A DNA stretch of 48,770 nucleotides, from assembly GCF_001194135.2 (NCBI RefSeq), contig NC_068996.1, forward strand, positions 15,499,203 through 15,547,972, given 5' to 3'. The notes under the pieces were generated by a model. That model was not told the origin of the DNA. It saw only the letters and a program-made list of their open reading frames with translations, and made no database searches. The first letter of the stretch is position 1. Each line of letters starts with the position of its first letter. Of the stretch, positions 24,237 through 36,385 are shown piece after piece. Source of the stretch: Octopus bimaculoides. Taxonomy: Eukaryota. A program made the position numbers and the translations under genes.

Positions 24237-24579
24237 AAATATTTGTTTTGTTTAGACAAAAAGACATTCGCTAGGGTTGTACATCAAGTGGTTGTTAGGT
24301 CGCGACACGTTGAATGCGAGTGATGCACTTCTCGCAATGAAACTAAGGATAAAGGAATTGTAGACTTAGACCGCAGTAGAAATCTTCCTCCAGATCTGAC
24401 CAGAAGAGGTAGGAAAGATCTCAGACTTAATCCACTTGGCCATCGGAGTGGATCTGCGTCTTGTTGTTTGAGGACAGAAAGCCAAATGATACTTTTCACA
24501 GTTCAGTGTTGGAATGCTTCCGGTCATAAATTAGTTCCAGTAAGGCTGACATATATTTAAAAAATATCAGAAATTCAAG

Positions 24580-24795
24580 AAGGCGGCGAGGTGGCAGAAA
24601 CGTTAGCATGCCGAGCGACATGCTTAGCGGTATTTCGTCTGTCTTCACGTTCTGAGTTCAAATTCCACCGAGGTTGACTTGCCTTTCATCCTTTCAGGGT
24701 CGATAAACTAAGCACCAGTTGCCTACTGGATCGATCTAATCGACTGACCCCCTACCCCCCAAATTTCGGACCTTGTGCCTAGAGTAGAAAAGAAT
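24580..24795 (+). mobile_element. SINE family S4, full length
   Basis: aaggcggcgaggtggcagaaacgttagc (A box)...ctgagttcaaattcc (B box)...ggccttgtgcc-type end, tail agtagaaaagaat. Confidence 0.9.
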
Positions 24796-24890
24796 ATAAA
24801 AAACTCGAGATGTTCCCAAAATACTGGACAATAGAGAAAACATATTGAGAGACACACATATGCATTAAAACCATTGTATGTTATAGCAAT

Positions 24891-24928
<38 letters not shown>

Positions 24929-26184
24929 CACATACGAAGTATAATCTTCAAGCAGATGAAAAATGGTATTAACGGAACAAACGATTCGTGAATCAGACGT
25001 AGTAACTTGAGGAACTTCTGCGCGGTCACTTAGTCTGCAAAAAATAGCAGCCAAAACTTCGTTCAAATAGCATCACACGTCGACAATAACATGATATCCT
25101 AAATACTGCAGAGAAAGGGGAAATAATCACTTATTATTTAAGCATAAGCGCTGGAGTAACCTCGTACAGTTTTCACCCCTATGTTAACATGAATCATGAG
25201 TTCACTTCACTTTCATCGTTATAGTTTCATTTCCTTCATATAGAAATGCACAACCCTTATACTTTAATAAAATAATAATAGTTTGTTTTGTTTTTATTTC
25301 GTCGATGCAGAATGAACTAAGACCGTATCTTTGGCATAGCAGTCTTTATCATCATTGTTTTATTTCTTTCTTTCTTTTTTGTACTTTTCGCTGTATTTTA
25401 TTGCGATGAAATAATGGTTAAGATGATAGATAATCTCTTTTCTTTATCTGATTTTGAGAAAACTAGTTATAGCAACATTTTTATTCCATTTTTTATTTTT
25501 ATATATATATTATATTCATATATTCCGTATCATTTTTATACGTGAACAAGCAGAAAAAAAAAAAAGAAAACTCCTTCACAATCTTATGTACTTTCCCCAA
25601 ATAATACGGAATAATTTCCTTTTTACATTTATTTCTTCCGAAATATTTTTAACATAAAAAAACCCCCAAACCATACACATCTGGGTTTCGTAATTTCGTG
25701 ATTTATTGCGCATAATTTATTTACTCATTTATTTATTTATTTATCATTTTCGAAGACGATAGTTTGACAGAAACTCTAAATTCATTGCAGCCTTACTAAA
25801 TTACATTTATTTTATATCCGGAATTCAAACTCTGTCTGTGTTGATTTCCATCCTCCTGGGGTAGATTAAAGTAAATAGCATTAATGTAATAAAGTCAATT
25901 CAATCGAATTTAGCGCTTCCTTGTAAAAAGAAATCGATATATTTTTACTACCTAATTTCCGTATTCACGTTTGCTTATTTTATTTTATTTTATTTTTTGA
26001 TATTTTGTTCTAGTTTCTTTTCACACTCAGAAGATAAATTAACGTTAAAGACTGTCTCTAGCCTTTAAATCCATTAAGCCGGTACTTATTTCAGTTTCCG
26101 TGGCATTTAACAGACGGATGTACAAAATTCTCTCTCTTACCATTCAGCGGTAGGAGAGAGTTTATTAATTCTCCACCACAACAA

Positions 26185-26290
26185 GCTGCCACTGGTACTC
26201 ATTTTCAGCTCAGTTGACCGCTACAACGTGACATGAAATGTTTTGCTTTCAACAACGCACAACACGTCGCTCAGTTCGATAGGTGAACAT
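26185..26290 (-). mobile_element. Diverged SINE family S3 fragment
   Basis: ggtactcattttcagctcagttgacc...acgtgacatgaaatgttttgc is the reverse complement of the S3 central domain. Confidence 0.5.
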
Positions 26291-26838
26291 GCAACCGAAC
26301 GAAAATGAGCCAAACACCCGACCCACCATGCCATAAAAATTCAATTCAATCCAAATTACCTTGGTGAAAATAATTATGTCCCTTAAAATTCCAAGTTCAA
26401 TTCCCATGTAGGTTGAATTTTATTTGAATGGTTTTGATTAAAAAAAAAAAAAAAGCAATCAAACCAATATTCCCTTTACCATTACTCTACTTGAATAATA
26501 AACCTAATTCGTAACCCTTTTTCACCCTGCTCCCATCCCACCAGGTTCAAGGGTGATTTTAGAGAAACTGAGATTAGATCTCTGGTCAGTATTTTTATAT
26601 AGTGCTTTTCCACTGCAGTAGCCTATGGGGTTGTAATCTAATTCTTCCTTCCGCCCTTAAGATTAAAAAATCCCACAAAAAGGACATGGCTGCTACCGTT
26701 TTATGTCTAAAAATGTCAGTAAAAAAATTGCTGCTTTATACCTACGTTAGTAACCATTAGGGCAATGATTCGGTAGAATCATTAGAAAGTTGGATAAAAA
26801 TCCTTCAAATATTTAGTGTTTCTTTTTGTTTTTTTCAC

Positions 26839-26985
26839 GTGTGAAAGTTCATGGCCTAATGGTTTGGTATATTCGGTTCACGATCATAATGTCGTGGGTT
26901 CGACTCCTGGACGGCCGGCAGCGCAGTATATCATTGAGCAATACATTTCATTTCACGTTGCCCCAGGCTACACAGATTTAATGAG
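26839..26985 (+). mobile_element. SINE family S3, 5' half
   Basis: gtgaaagttcatggcctaatggtttgg...gggttcgactcctgg...attgagcaatacatttcatttcacgttgcc. Confidence 0.7.
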
Positions 26986-27518
26986 CAGTAGCCGAGTGGT
27001 AGTGAAGTTATCTCTCTCTCTCTCTCCAGCTGTCACATGCTGAATGCATCACTGGATTGAAGTGGGGGGGGGGAGTTGAGAAGATATCTGTCTACATGTG
27101 ATCACACAGGTACATAAAACATTTGGCGAAAGCATGGTACATGCTGCTAAACAAAATCCGTTTGTGAATGACGACTGGCTTTTTTTCACATTACATATAA
27201 TCCACATCTCACATGCTTAGTCTGGAAATATTTATGTGTCTGCATTAAGCTCCCCTTATTGCTTCTGATATCATATAAATATATCTTACTTTAAACAGAA
27301 ATGAACAAAGAAAAATAGATCAAAATAGCCACTGACAAGCATTTGAACGACATACGCGAATACAAGTATGTCAAACACCATACAACACAAGTTCTTGATT
27401 TATTAAAATTATCTAAAGAATGCAATAAAGATCAGGTCCACTTGAAAAGGGGAGAGAATTTCAAGAATCAAGAATTTCCCCAAAATTGACATGCGATTGA
27501 GGAAAATGATTGTCTTAT

Positions 27519-27865
27519 TTGTTGTTGGCACTCCGTCGGTTACGACGACGAGGGCTCCAGTTGATCCGGTCAACGGAACAGCCTGCTCGTGAAATTAACG
27601 TGCAAGTGGCTGAGCACTCCACAGACACGTAGTTCTCGAGGAAATTCAGTGTGATAAGGCTGGCCCTTTGAAATACAGGTACAACAGAAACAGGAAGACA
27701 GAGTGAGAGAAAGTTGTGGTGAAAGAGTACAGCAGGGTTCGCCACCATCCCCTGCCGGAGACTCGTGGAGCTTTAGGTGTTTCGCTCAATAAACACTCAA
27801 CGCCCGGTCTGGGAATCGAAACCGCGAGTCCGCTGCCCTAACCAATGGGCCATTGCGCCTCCACC
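27519..27865 (-). mobile_element. SINE family S1 with 11-bp TSD
   Basis: Homologous to 961-1300; TSD gattgtcttat at 27508-27518 and 27866-27876. Confidence 0.9.
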
Positions 27866-28390
27866 GATTGTCTTATAGTCTGACGATAACAGGATAGCAG
27901 TCGACAAAGGTTCTGACTCAGTAGCCTCCATCAGCACGGTAACCGTCCTGGTTTATTCACTGTTTGTTTGTGTATAATATCAACAATAATTAGATATTAA
28001 GTGCTGATAAAAAAAATAACACCACATGTTGGAACTCCATACGTTTCTCTAATTTCTTCAAATCTTTTCAGATTTTAAATAAAAAATATGATGCTTACAA
28101 CAGCAAACAGGGAGCCCAACTCTTATAGAATTCTTAACCTGCATATTGTCATGTAATAGTGTTAGAAGAATATCACAGCTTCATGTTTTAGCCACGAGGG
28201 GAAAGCAAATCAGGGACTTCGAGACGGATGGGAGGGAGAGAAAGGGGATATCCTTAGACTGAAGAGCTAGTCCGAATGCCTGAACAGAGTGGACTCTGTT
28301 GCAACTTGGCATCTCGGGTGCCAATGCGAATTGTCCACAACTCAAGTAGGCGACAGCAAATTACAAACTCAAGGCGGGAACCTGGTTTAA

Positions 28391-28887
28391 GGACCCCATA
28401 TAACCCCTCATAACGTTTTAAATATTTTTGGGAAATTTCCAGAAATTTTTTCTGAATTTGCATTCTACATACAAAAATTCATACGATCATGCAAACATCT
28501 TTTTTTTTTTTTCGTGTGTGAATTAAGAGCGATTTAGCTGTTGTTTTTAGTATATCCCACGGCCACATGGTACCTTCCTCATTTCTTTGTCTCTGTGATA
28601 TGTATTGATTTTTTTCAATATTTTTTTTCACCATAAACACATCTAATGGAATGATGATGCACCAAAGAGTAGTCCATTGCTGGGATTTAAGCGAAAAATT
28701 CGAACTGTCAATATTTTAAGCTCCGATTTTTAAAAAAATCAAAAAGAAGTGGAAATTGTAGCGTTTATCTATTTAGTTGTTTTTTAATTATAAAACTATT
28801 TAAATAATCGTATGAGTTCCCATATGTAGAAGATAGATTCGCAAAAAATTTCAAAGGATAAAAAAGTTGAGGGGTTATGTGGGATGC
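28391..28887. mobile_element. TTAA-flanked MITE (Kolobok/piggyBac-type target)
   Basis: 20-bp TIR ggaccccatataacccctca versus rc gcatcccacataacccctca (17/20); TTAA at 28387-28390 and 28888-28891. Confidence 0.65.
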
Positions 28888-28974
28888 TTAAACCAGAATT
28901 CCTCCAAACTCAGAACGGGAGGGTAAGGAACAAATAGCATAATGCATCCGATCCGACGTTTTAACAATTATTCC

Positions 28975-29110
28975 AGACCATGCGCCCTGGATTAGTTCTA
29001 TTTTATTGACCCCTACCACCACCATCAAAAAAAAAGATGAAAGGCAGTGTTAACCTCTGCTAGATTTGAACTCAGAGCGAGGAGAATCGGGAAAATACGA
29101 TATGGCCAGC
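28975..29110 (-). mobile_element. SINE family S4 fragment
   Basis: ttttattgacccc...gatgaaaggcagtgttaacctctgctagatttgaactcagagcg is the reverse complement of the S4 body. Confidence 0.65.
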
Positions 29111-29159
29111 CAAGATGATTTACCGTGATTGTCTTACATGTCCTGATATAAGGGGTTAA

Positions 29160-29485
<326 letters not shown>

Positions 29486-30073
29486 GTTTCCTGGACATTA
29501 CTGTAAGCAGTCCTAAGACTCATAGATCCAATTATCCGGTTTCTATAAAGTATAATTGTCCCGTTCAGTGTTGCCGCTGGTCTGTTGTGATTGTGAGTGC
29601 AAGACTTTTGACCACTAGTCTAGGGGCCTTCACATAAGGGAAAAAAACAGAAGAAAAATTAAATGAGGAAAAACAACAGCAAACAGTGATAATGTATATC
29701 ATTTTAATTTTCTAACTTTCTATTGATTTTAGTCAATGGACAGTCGCCGTGCTTGAGCAGTGACTTCGAAAACTTTTGTCGAAAGCAGCGATTCCATTAT
29801 TCTTTGTGGAATATATTTTATGGACCTTTTGTAGGTCACATATGAGAAGAAGTAATTTGTATTGAACATAATGGTATATAATCAAAACGACGCTATTGCT
29901 ACATGCATGCGTGCATGTATGCGTGTGTATACATGTTTGCATATATATCTGCCCTTTTCCTTAATGGTATGTCAGGTTTTGAAAATTCACATTATTTACA
30001 CTATCTCCCTTTCTCAGGAAGAGCTGGTCATGATTGCCCCCCCCCACACACACACGCACTCAAACATTGTTAA

Positions 30074-30580
30074 AGAGGACAACAAACATTAAGGCAAGGC
30101 AAACATCTCAAGTCATATACATTATCATTATTGGAAAAAGATTCAAAGTCTTATATCTGTTTCTGGGATATCCCAGAGTATGGGATATCCCAGAGTATGG
30201 GATATTCTGACATCGGAGACAAATAGGGAAAATGAGAAGGGTATAGATTAATGAAATGACGACATCAAGGACAGGAGTGAAGGAATAAGGAGATGAAGAA
30301 AGAGGAGAAAAAAGGAGCATAAAAGTTCATTGTTCAACTTTCCGATTTTGTAGAAATAAATCCATAATCCTTTATGTGCAATCCTACATCAATCCTTGTA
30401 GGTAAAAATCCTTTCATTAATCTATACCCTTCTCATTTTCCCTATTTATCTCTGATGACGGAATATCCCATACTCTAGGATATCACAGAAACAGCTGTAA
30501 GACTTTGAATCTTTTTTCCAATAATAATAATGTACATGAACTTCAGATATTTTGCCTTGCTTTAACGTTTGTTGGTCTCT
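30074..30580. mobile_element. TTAA-flanked foldback MITE with long TIRs
   Basis: Arms about 30074-30256 and 30412-30580 are reverse complements (e.g. gaaaaagattcaaagtctta / taagactttgaatcttttttcc); TTAA at 30070-30073 and 30581-30584. Confidence 0.8.
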
Positions 30581-30733
30581 TTAATAATTATATATCGACT
30601 GTATCGGAAATCTGCAATGGCTCCATAACTACCACCTTGATTATAACCTTGGAGCCATAGTAATCCGTTATAGCACTTACCAAGCGTACTTAGTCGTTTA
30701 TATCACCTGTAAACTAAACCCCCATATTTTGTT

Positions 30734-30779
<46 letters not shown>

Positions 30780-31076
30780 CATACATAGAAGCTTGCATGT
30801 ACGTTAAAATATGTATTTGTGTGCATTTCTGTGTTGTTTTCAATGCTTTACCGTGTTTTCTCTTCTGATTCTCTGTATTTGTATAAATGTAGCACGAGCG
30901 CTTGGTGTCTATAGGAATTGTATCTGCATACACAGACATAAACGTTTGTTCGTATTGTGCATGCGTCAGAGGTAGTAAATGCATGCGTTCGAGCATGCGC
31001 ACAATCGTAAATCGTCCGATCCACTCCTTTGGAAATAGTAATGCACAACAAAACTATTTGAAAATTAATATAAAAC

Positions 31077-31494
31077 AGGCGTAAGAGTGGCTGTGTGGTA
31101 AGTAGCTTGCTTACGAACCACATGATTCCGGGTTCAGTCCCACTACATGGCACTTTGGGTAAGTGTCTTCTGCTATAGCCTCGGCCCGACTGAAACCTTG
31201 TGAGTGGATTTGGTAGACAGAAACTGAAAAGAAGCCCGTCATATATATGTATACGTGTGTGTATATATGTGTGTATATGTTTTGTGTCTGTGCTTGTCCC
31301 CCCAACATCGCTTGACGACCGATGCTGGTGTGCTTACGTCCCCGTAGAGTAGCGGTTCGGCCAAAAAGACCGATAGAAAAAGTACTAGGCTTACAAAGAA
31401 TAAGTCCTGGGGTCGATTTGCTCGACTAAAGGTGGTGCTCCAGCATGGGTACAGTCAAATGACTGAAACAAGTAAAAGAATAAAAGAATAAAAG
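31077..31494 (+). mobile_element. SINE family S2, full length, with internal (AT/GT) microsatellite
   Basis: ggcgtaagagtggctgtgtggtaag (A box)...ccgggttcagtccc (B-box-like)...(aaaagaat)n tail. Confidence 0.9.
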
Positions 31495-31562
31495 GATTTT
31501 GATACCGTTGCTTATCCGGAATACTAATTCTATCGGTTTTGAAGTCTTATAAGACTTTATAG

Positions 31563-31817
31563 CAGTGGTTCTCAATCATTTTTATCTATTGACCCCTTTG
31601 ATCTCTATTCTTCTCAGGTGGACCCTCAGAACCATTCGGTGTTTTAAAAAAGTTCTATCATATTTTTATGATTTAATATTATTAGGAATTGTATAAAAAA
31701 AAATTGTTAAAATATTTTGTCTCATAGAAGTATAAGCAGGTTAATGCACTTCATTTTTAACATTAAAACCTTATATGGAGCCCCAAGGGTCATATAGACC
31801 CTGTGTGAGAACCACTG
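31563..31817. mobile_element. hAT-superfamily (Charlie-like) MITE
   Basis: TIR cagtggttctca / tgagaaccactg; 8-bp TSD ctttatag (31555-31562) / ctttatac (31818-31825). Confidence 0.85.
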
Positions 31818-31977
31818 CTTTATACTGTTATGGGTGTAGTGCAAGAAAATGGCGGTTTAAATGGTGATGGGATGCTGGTGGTGTCGTTGGCAGAAATTTG
31901 ATAATAGTAAAAATGTTGAAGATGGTGTTAACGCTTATAGCGACCACATTAGTAACATCGAGGCGATGGTGATGATG

Positions 31978-32047
31978 GTGGTGTTGGCCTTGGTGGTGTT
32001 GGCGATGGTGGTGTTGGCGATGGTAGTGTTGGCGAAGGTGGTGTTGG
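31978..32047. repeat. 15-bp minisatellite (gtggtgttggcgatg) x about 4.7
   Basis: Seen directly. Confidence 0.8.
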
Positions 32048-32937
32048 TTCTTTCATATTGGTGTTGGTTTTGCTTCCTTTGATTATAGTTTTTTTTTTTC
32101 CACGAAAGATACCCACGTTGTTGTTGTTCTTGATGCTGTTGTTGTGGACGATTATGTAGGTTGGTGGCGATGAAGGTCGTTGTCCTGATGGCGGTGCTGA
32201 TAGAGATTTTGCTTTGATATTGGCGTCGCGAATATGCTGCCGCTTCTGATGTTGTCGGTAATTGTAGAATTAATGTTGCTGGCAGTTGAGATTTTCCTTT
32301 GATATTTTAGTTTGCTGTTTGTAGCGAAGAACATGATGCTTGTGTTACTGCTAGTGATGGGGAGTGATTAAAGACAAATCATACATGTTTCGTACATGTT
32401 AACATGATGATAATGCTTTCGAAAATAGCTATTGTACACGTATGGTTGGTTAAGAGCCATGGTAAATTTATCACAGGGTATAACGCTGGGTTTACATATT
32501 ATACCAATGTCCAACCAAAAGCGAAGAAAATTTCCTGTAAAGCTTCAGATATCTTCAAAGAACACATAAAAGATAAATAAAATGGTAAATAATAAAAAGT
32601 AGGAGAAATGAATAAGAAAACAAAATAATACAAAAAAGCAGCAATTAAAAGCAATGGATATCAGAATTCTTATATTTTATAGGTTCCTAGGAGAAAAATA
32701 TCGATAAAGGCTCTAAGTTAGCAAAAACGGTTACTTGAGACAGAGAGAGAAGTCTAACAGCAACTATAACAGGTACCAGTAGTGTGATTAACCACTAACT
32801 CATTATGAATCCGATAGTAGTGTGCCTCTCAAAAGGTAGACGAAGAAAAGGTGAACTTGGACTCAAATACACACAGACGCGAACGCGCACACACACAGAC
32901 ACACATTCACACACGCACACATGCATGCATATATATT

Positions 32938-33034
32938 GGCGCAGGCGTGGCTGTGTGTAAGAAGCTTATTTCACAACCACATACTTCTGGGTTCAGTCCC
33001 TCTGCGTTGCATCTTGGACAAGTATCTTCTTCTA

Positions 33035-33038
<4 letters not shown>
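32938..33038 (+). mobile_element. SINE family S2, 5' part only
   Basis: ggcgcaggcgtggctgtgtgtaagaagc...tgggttcagtccc...; truncated at (ATCT)n. Confidence 0.75.

Positions 33039-33126
<88 letters not shown>
33038..33126. repeat. (ATCT)n-(AT)n microsatellite
   Basis: Seen directly. Confidence 0.95.
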
Positions 33127-33129
<3 letters not shown>

Positions 33130-33131
33130 CA

Positions 33132-33285
33132 CCAGAGTAAGCACATAAATGCGAAACAAGGTGGAATAAAAATTGTACTCAAATACGTGAGATAGAGCAA
33201 TATACTTTATTAAAAAGCAGCAAAAATATCACAAAACTTGTCACTCAGAGTTTCACGTTCCCGTTCGTCGGACAGCTTTGTTTAG
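33132..33285 (-). mobile_element. Hammerhead-bearing repeat terminus, family B copy 2
   Basis: Homologous to 13868-14009; abuts (TA)n. The element may continue to higher coordinates. Confidence 0.75.
33236..33275 (-). ncRNA. Degenerate hammerhead motif, family B copy 2
   Basis: Minus strand CUGU-CCGACGA-ACG(ggaa)CGU-GAAA-CUCUGAG-UG-ACAA. Position 17 is G (a non-cleavable NUG triplet), so probably inactive. Confidence 0.45.
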
Positions 33286-34106
33286 AATGGAACAAAATAA
33301 GGTTATATGCATAAATATGCAATTACTCTGATAGATACACATTTGAAGACGGTCTTGTTTCATTGGTTCTTTCAATAACCGGCTGCATGAAATTACAATT
33401 GCGGTTTAGGATCATATTATTATAAAAATCGAAGAAAACCTTAAATCAAAAATAGAAGGCAGAAAAACCTGAATACCCAGGGTAAATAATTAAAAGTAAA
33501 AAATGATAATAAATTTAGATAAATTAAGAGATATATCCGTTTAAAAATAAATCAAAAAAATTTCTTGAGTTTGTAAATGACTAAAGCCACTCCTCCATAT
33601 TACAGTTGCTTTACTTTCGATCCATGGTCTCAGATCGAAGAACTTAGTCAACAAGTACTACTATAAAATACATGATAAATAAACATTTCTTAGATAACAC
33701 ATCGAGAGCATGAAATAGATTGATCTGGCTAAATGTGAAACCAAGTATTTCTTACTAATACAACAAACATGTTAATTATTCACCACATGAAGTCAATCAT
33801 TTCTTTTAAATGAAAAAATAAATATGTCTTAATAACATCAAGTTCTTATTTCATCATAGACTCAACACGAATTTTGTTGTGTAGCTTTAACGAACTGACT
33901 TAATTTTACAAACTGATACCAAAAACAGCAATACGTAGCAGCATGGTATTATGTATAGACGTGAATCTACTTTGAAAAAGCTGGGTAAAGTACTGGATTA
34001 AACAGTAATATTATATCAAACAGGTTTAAGGTTACATACTAGTGAAACATTTTGCAAAAACCCCACCGTCATGAATATTTATCTGTTCACATAAACACGT
34101 ACGTTT

Positions 34107-34142
34107 GCGCGCGCGCGCGCGCGCGCGCGCGTGTGTGTGTGT
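34107..34142. repeat. (GC)12(GT)6 alternating purine-pyrimidine tract
   Basis: Seen directly. Confidence 0.9.
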
Positions 34143-34274
34143 AGTAAGAGTGGCGAAGCTGCATGATAAAAAGTGCTGAAAATGATGTTTATATTTTCTT
34201 TATGTTGAAGAGCCGCATCATATATTTCGAAAATTATATTCATGAATATTTATAAATTGGAAAATATACCTCTA

Positions 34275-35152
34275 CGAGATCTGATCAATAAGTATCCGGA
34301 TTGTTGCCGTAGTACCGAATTTAAAGCATGTAGAGTAAAGCCGCATGGCAAAGACTGGCCTTGAAATCTGCTGTGCATGCTCACTAAGTTTTAACGTTCT
34401 AGCTCATTTCCGCTGTTTACAGCAGTGCTTGAAAGGAACGTGTGTAGGGTGTGATCGTAGCCTTGACCATGACAGAGGAAGTTGTCATGGCGATACCTGC
34501 TCAGAGACCTACGCAAAGTTTTCAGAAAGTGTATGAGGAAGAGTGTATGAACCGTACGAGTGGTTCAGACGTTTCCAAGATGGCCCCCAACATGTCGATA
34601 TTGACGAACGTTCTGGGAGACCTAACTGAGAAAAACTTCGCAAATGTGCGTGAGCTGTGAGAGGAAGTCGTCGAATCACCATCCGTGAGTTTTCAGAGGA
34701 TGTGCATATTAGTTACGGTTCAATTCAGCCCATTATCACTGAAGATTTGGCTATCAGACGCATGTCTGCAAAGTTAGTGGCAAAACTGGCTTTCAGCGGA
34801 CCAAGGAGACACGCGGGTTTCTTCAGTTGCACATGATCTCCTTGACTATATCGAGAACGATGAAATCTTTTTGAAAAATTTGTGTATGCCTCTGAGCAGG
34901 TATCGCCAAACGTTTGACAAAATTTGATGCTGATTCTCTGCTTAACTTTCTCTGTCATGGTCAATGCGATGATCACACGCTACACACCTTGCTTTCAAGC
35001 ACTGCTATAAACATCGGCAGTGAGCTAGAACGTTAAAACTTAGTGCGCATGCAGAGCAGAGTTTAAGGTCAATCTGTACCAAGCAGATTTACTCTGCGTG
35101 CTTTAGCTTCGTTACTATAATAACAGTCCAGTTACTTATTGATCAGACCATG
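34275..35152 (+). mobile_element. Non-autonomous mariner relic with two inverted 5' ends
   Basis: TA|cgagatctgatcaataagta ... tacttattgatcagaccatg|TA. The plus strand encodes a degraded transposase N-terminus (QKVYEEECMNRT, EWFRRFQDG, DERSGRP, RITIREFSEDVHISYGSIQPIITEDL..RRMSAKLV). The minus strand 34872-35152 is a second 5' end encoding MTEKVKQRISIKFCQTFGDTCSEAY. No catalytic domain. Confidence 0.9.
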
Positions 35153-35478
35153 TACATCATTTTACTGGCTGAAATAAAATATTATCTCAGTATCTCAAGA
35201 AATGCGCATACCAGATTTGAGCGGGATAATTTGAACACTGTTATATATCAATATATATATATATATATANNNNNNNNNNNNNNNNNNNNNNNNNNNNNNN
35301 NNNNNNNNNNNNNNNNNNNNNNNNNNNNNNNNNNNNNNNNNNNNNNNNNNNNNNNNNNNNNNNNNNNNNNNNNNNNNNNNNNNNNNNNNNNNNNNNNNNN
35401 NNNNNNNNNNNNNNNNNNNNNNNNNNNNNNNNNNNNNNNNNNNNNNNNNNNNNNNNNNNNNNNNNNNNNNNNNNNNNN

Positions 35479-35803
35479 TGTGTCCTGTTTGCCAAGGGAA
35501 GTCATCCCTCCCATCATGATCTGTAGCACGAACGGACCCGGGTTTCAGGGTTATTTCCCTTCGTCGGCGTTCGATATCCACTGATCCTTGATGAGAGAGA
35601 TAATTTCCTGGCAATCTTATATATACTTTTCCAGTGAAATTCTTCACTGATATCGAAAAGGTGAAAACAAGCAATGTTAATTTTCTAAATGAAGTATTAA
35701 CAGTAACATCCACCCCTAGGGGTCAGCCACACTTAAGTGGCAATATACTACACTTTATCGTGCAGTTACTGTTAATACTTCATTTAGAAAATTAACATTG
35801 CTT
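35479..35803 (-). mobile_element. Hammerhead-bearing short repeat, family C copy 2, with inverted terminal copy
   Basis: Homologous to 13408-13730; inverted arms 35669-35707 / 35765-35803; ends in (TA)n. Confidence 0.8.
35529..35573 (-). ncRNA. Type I hammerhead ribozyme motif (CCGANGA variant), family C copy 2
   Basis: Minus strand CGAACG-CCGACGA-AGGG(aaauaa)CCCU-GAAA-CCCGGG-UC-CGUUCG; GUC triplet; compensatory stem III change versus copy 1. Confidence 0.8.
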
Positions 35804-35830
35804 ATATATATATACATATATATATATGCA

Positions 35831-36091
35831 TCTTTTATCTTTTACTTGTTTTAGTCATTTAACTGCGGCCATGCTGGGGCACGATCTCGAAGAATTTTAG
35901 TTGAATGAATCGAGCCCAGTGCTTATTTTTTGTAAGTCTGGAATTTATTCTGTTGCTCTTATTTTTAACCTCTAAATTGCGGAGACGTAAGCACACCAAC
36001 ACCACTAGTCAGTTATTGGTAGAGGACAATCACTAACATGCACACACACAAGCACACACATACACACACACGCACGCGCACACACACACAC

Positions 36092-36126
<35 letters not shown>

Positions 36127-36296
36127 ATATACGATGGGCTTCTCTCAGTTTCCATCAACTAACTCCTGTCACAAGGCCTCGGTTGGACGAGGCTATAATA
36201 GAAGAAACTTGTCCAATGTGCCATGCAGTAGGATTGAACCTGAAACGATGTAGCTGGAAAGCAAACTTCTTACACTACACAGCCACATCTGCTCCT
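35831..36296 (-). mobile_element. SINE family S2 (diverged, full length)
   Basis: Reverse complement aggagcagatgtggctgtgtagtgtaagaag...ctattatagcctcg...gaaactgagagaagcccatcgtata...cagcatggccgcagttaaatgactaaaacaagtaaaagataaaag. Confidence 0.85.
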
Positions 36297-36385
36297 AAGT
36301 TTGACTCATTTTTATGCAACTTCTTCGTAGAGAACCTCTACATGCTTCACGAAACTCTAAGTTGCGTTGAACTGAGTCAGGATGC

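Noticed and set aside
24323-24555. Open plus-strand frame (…DLDRSRNLPPDLTRRGRKDLRLNPLGHRSGSASCC…)
   Set aside because: No start codon context, convincing splice sites or recognisable homology.
28404-29155. piggyBac-like element with CCCC...GGGG TTAA ends
   Set aside because: Only about 9 bp of TIR; the left end pairs much better with 28868-28887.
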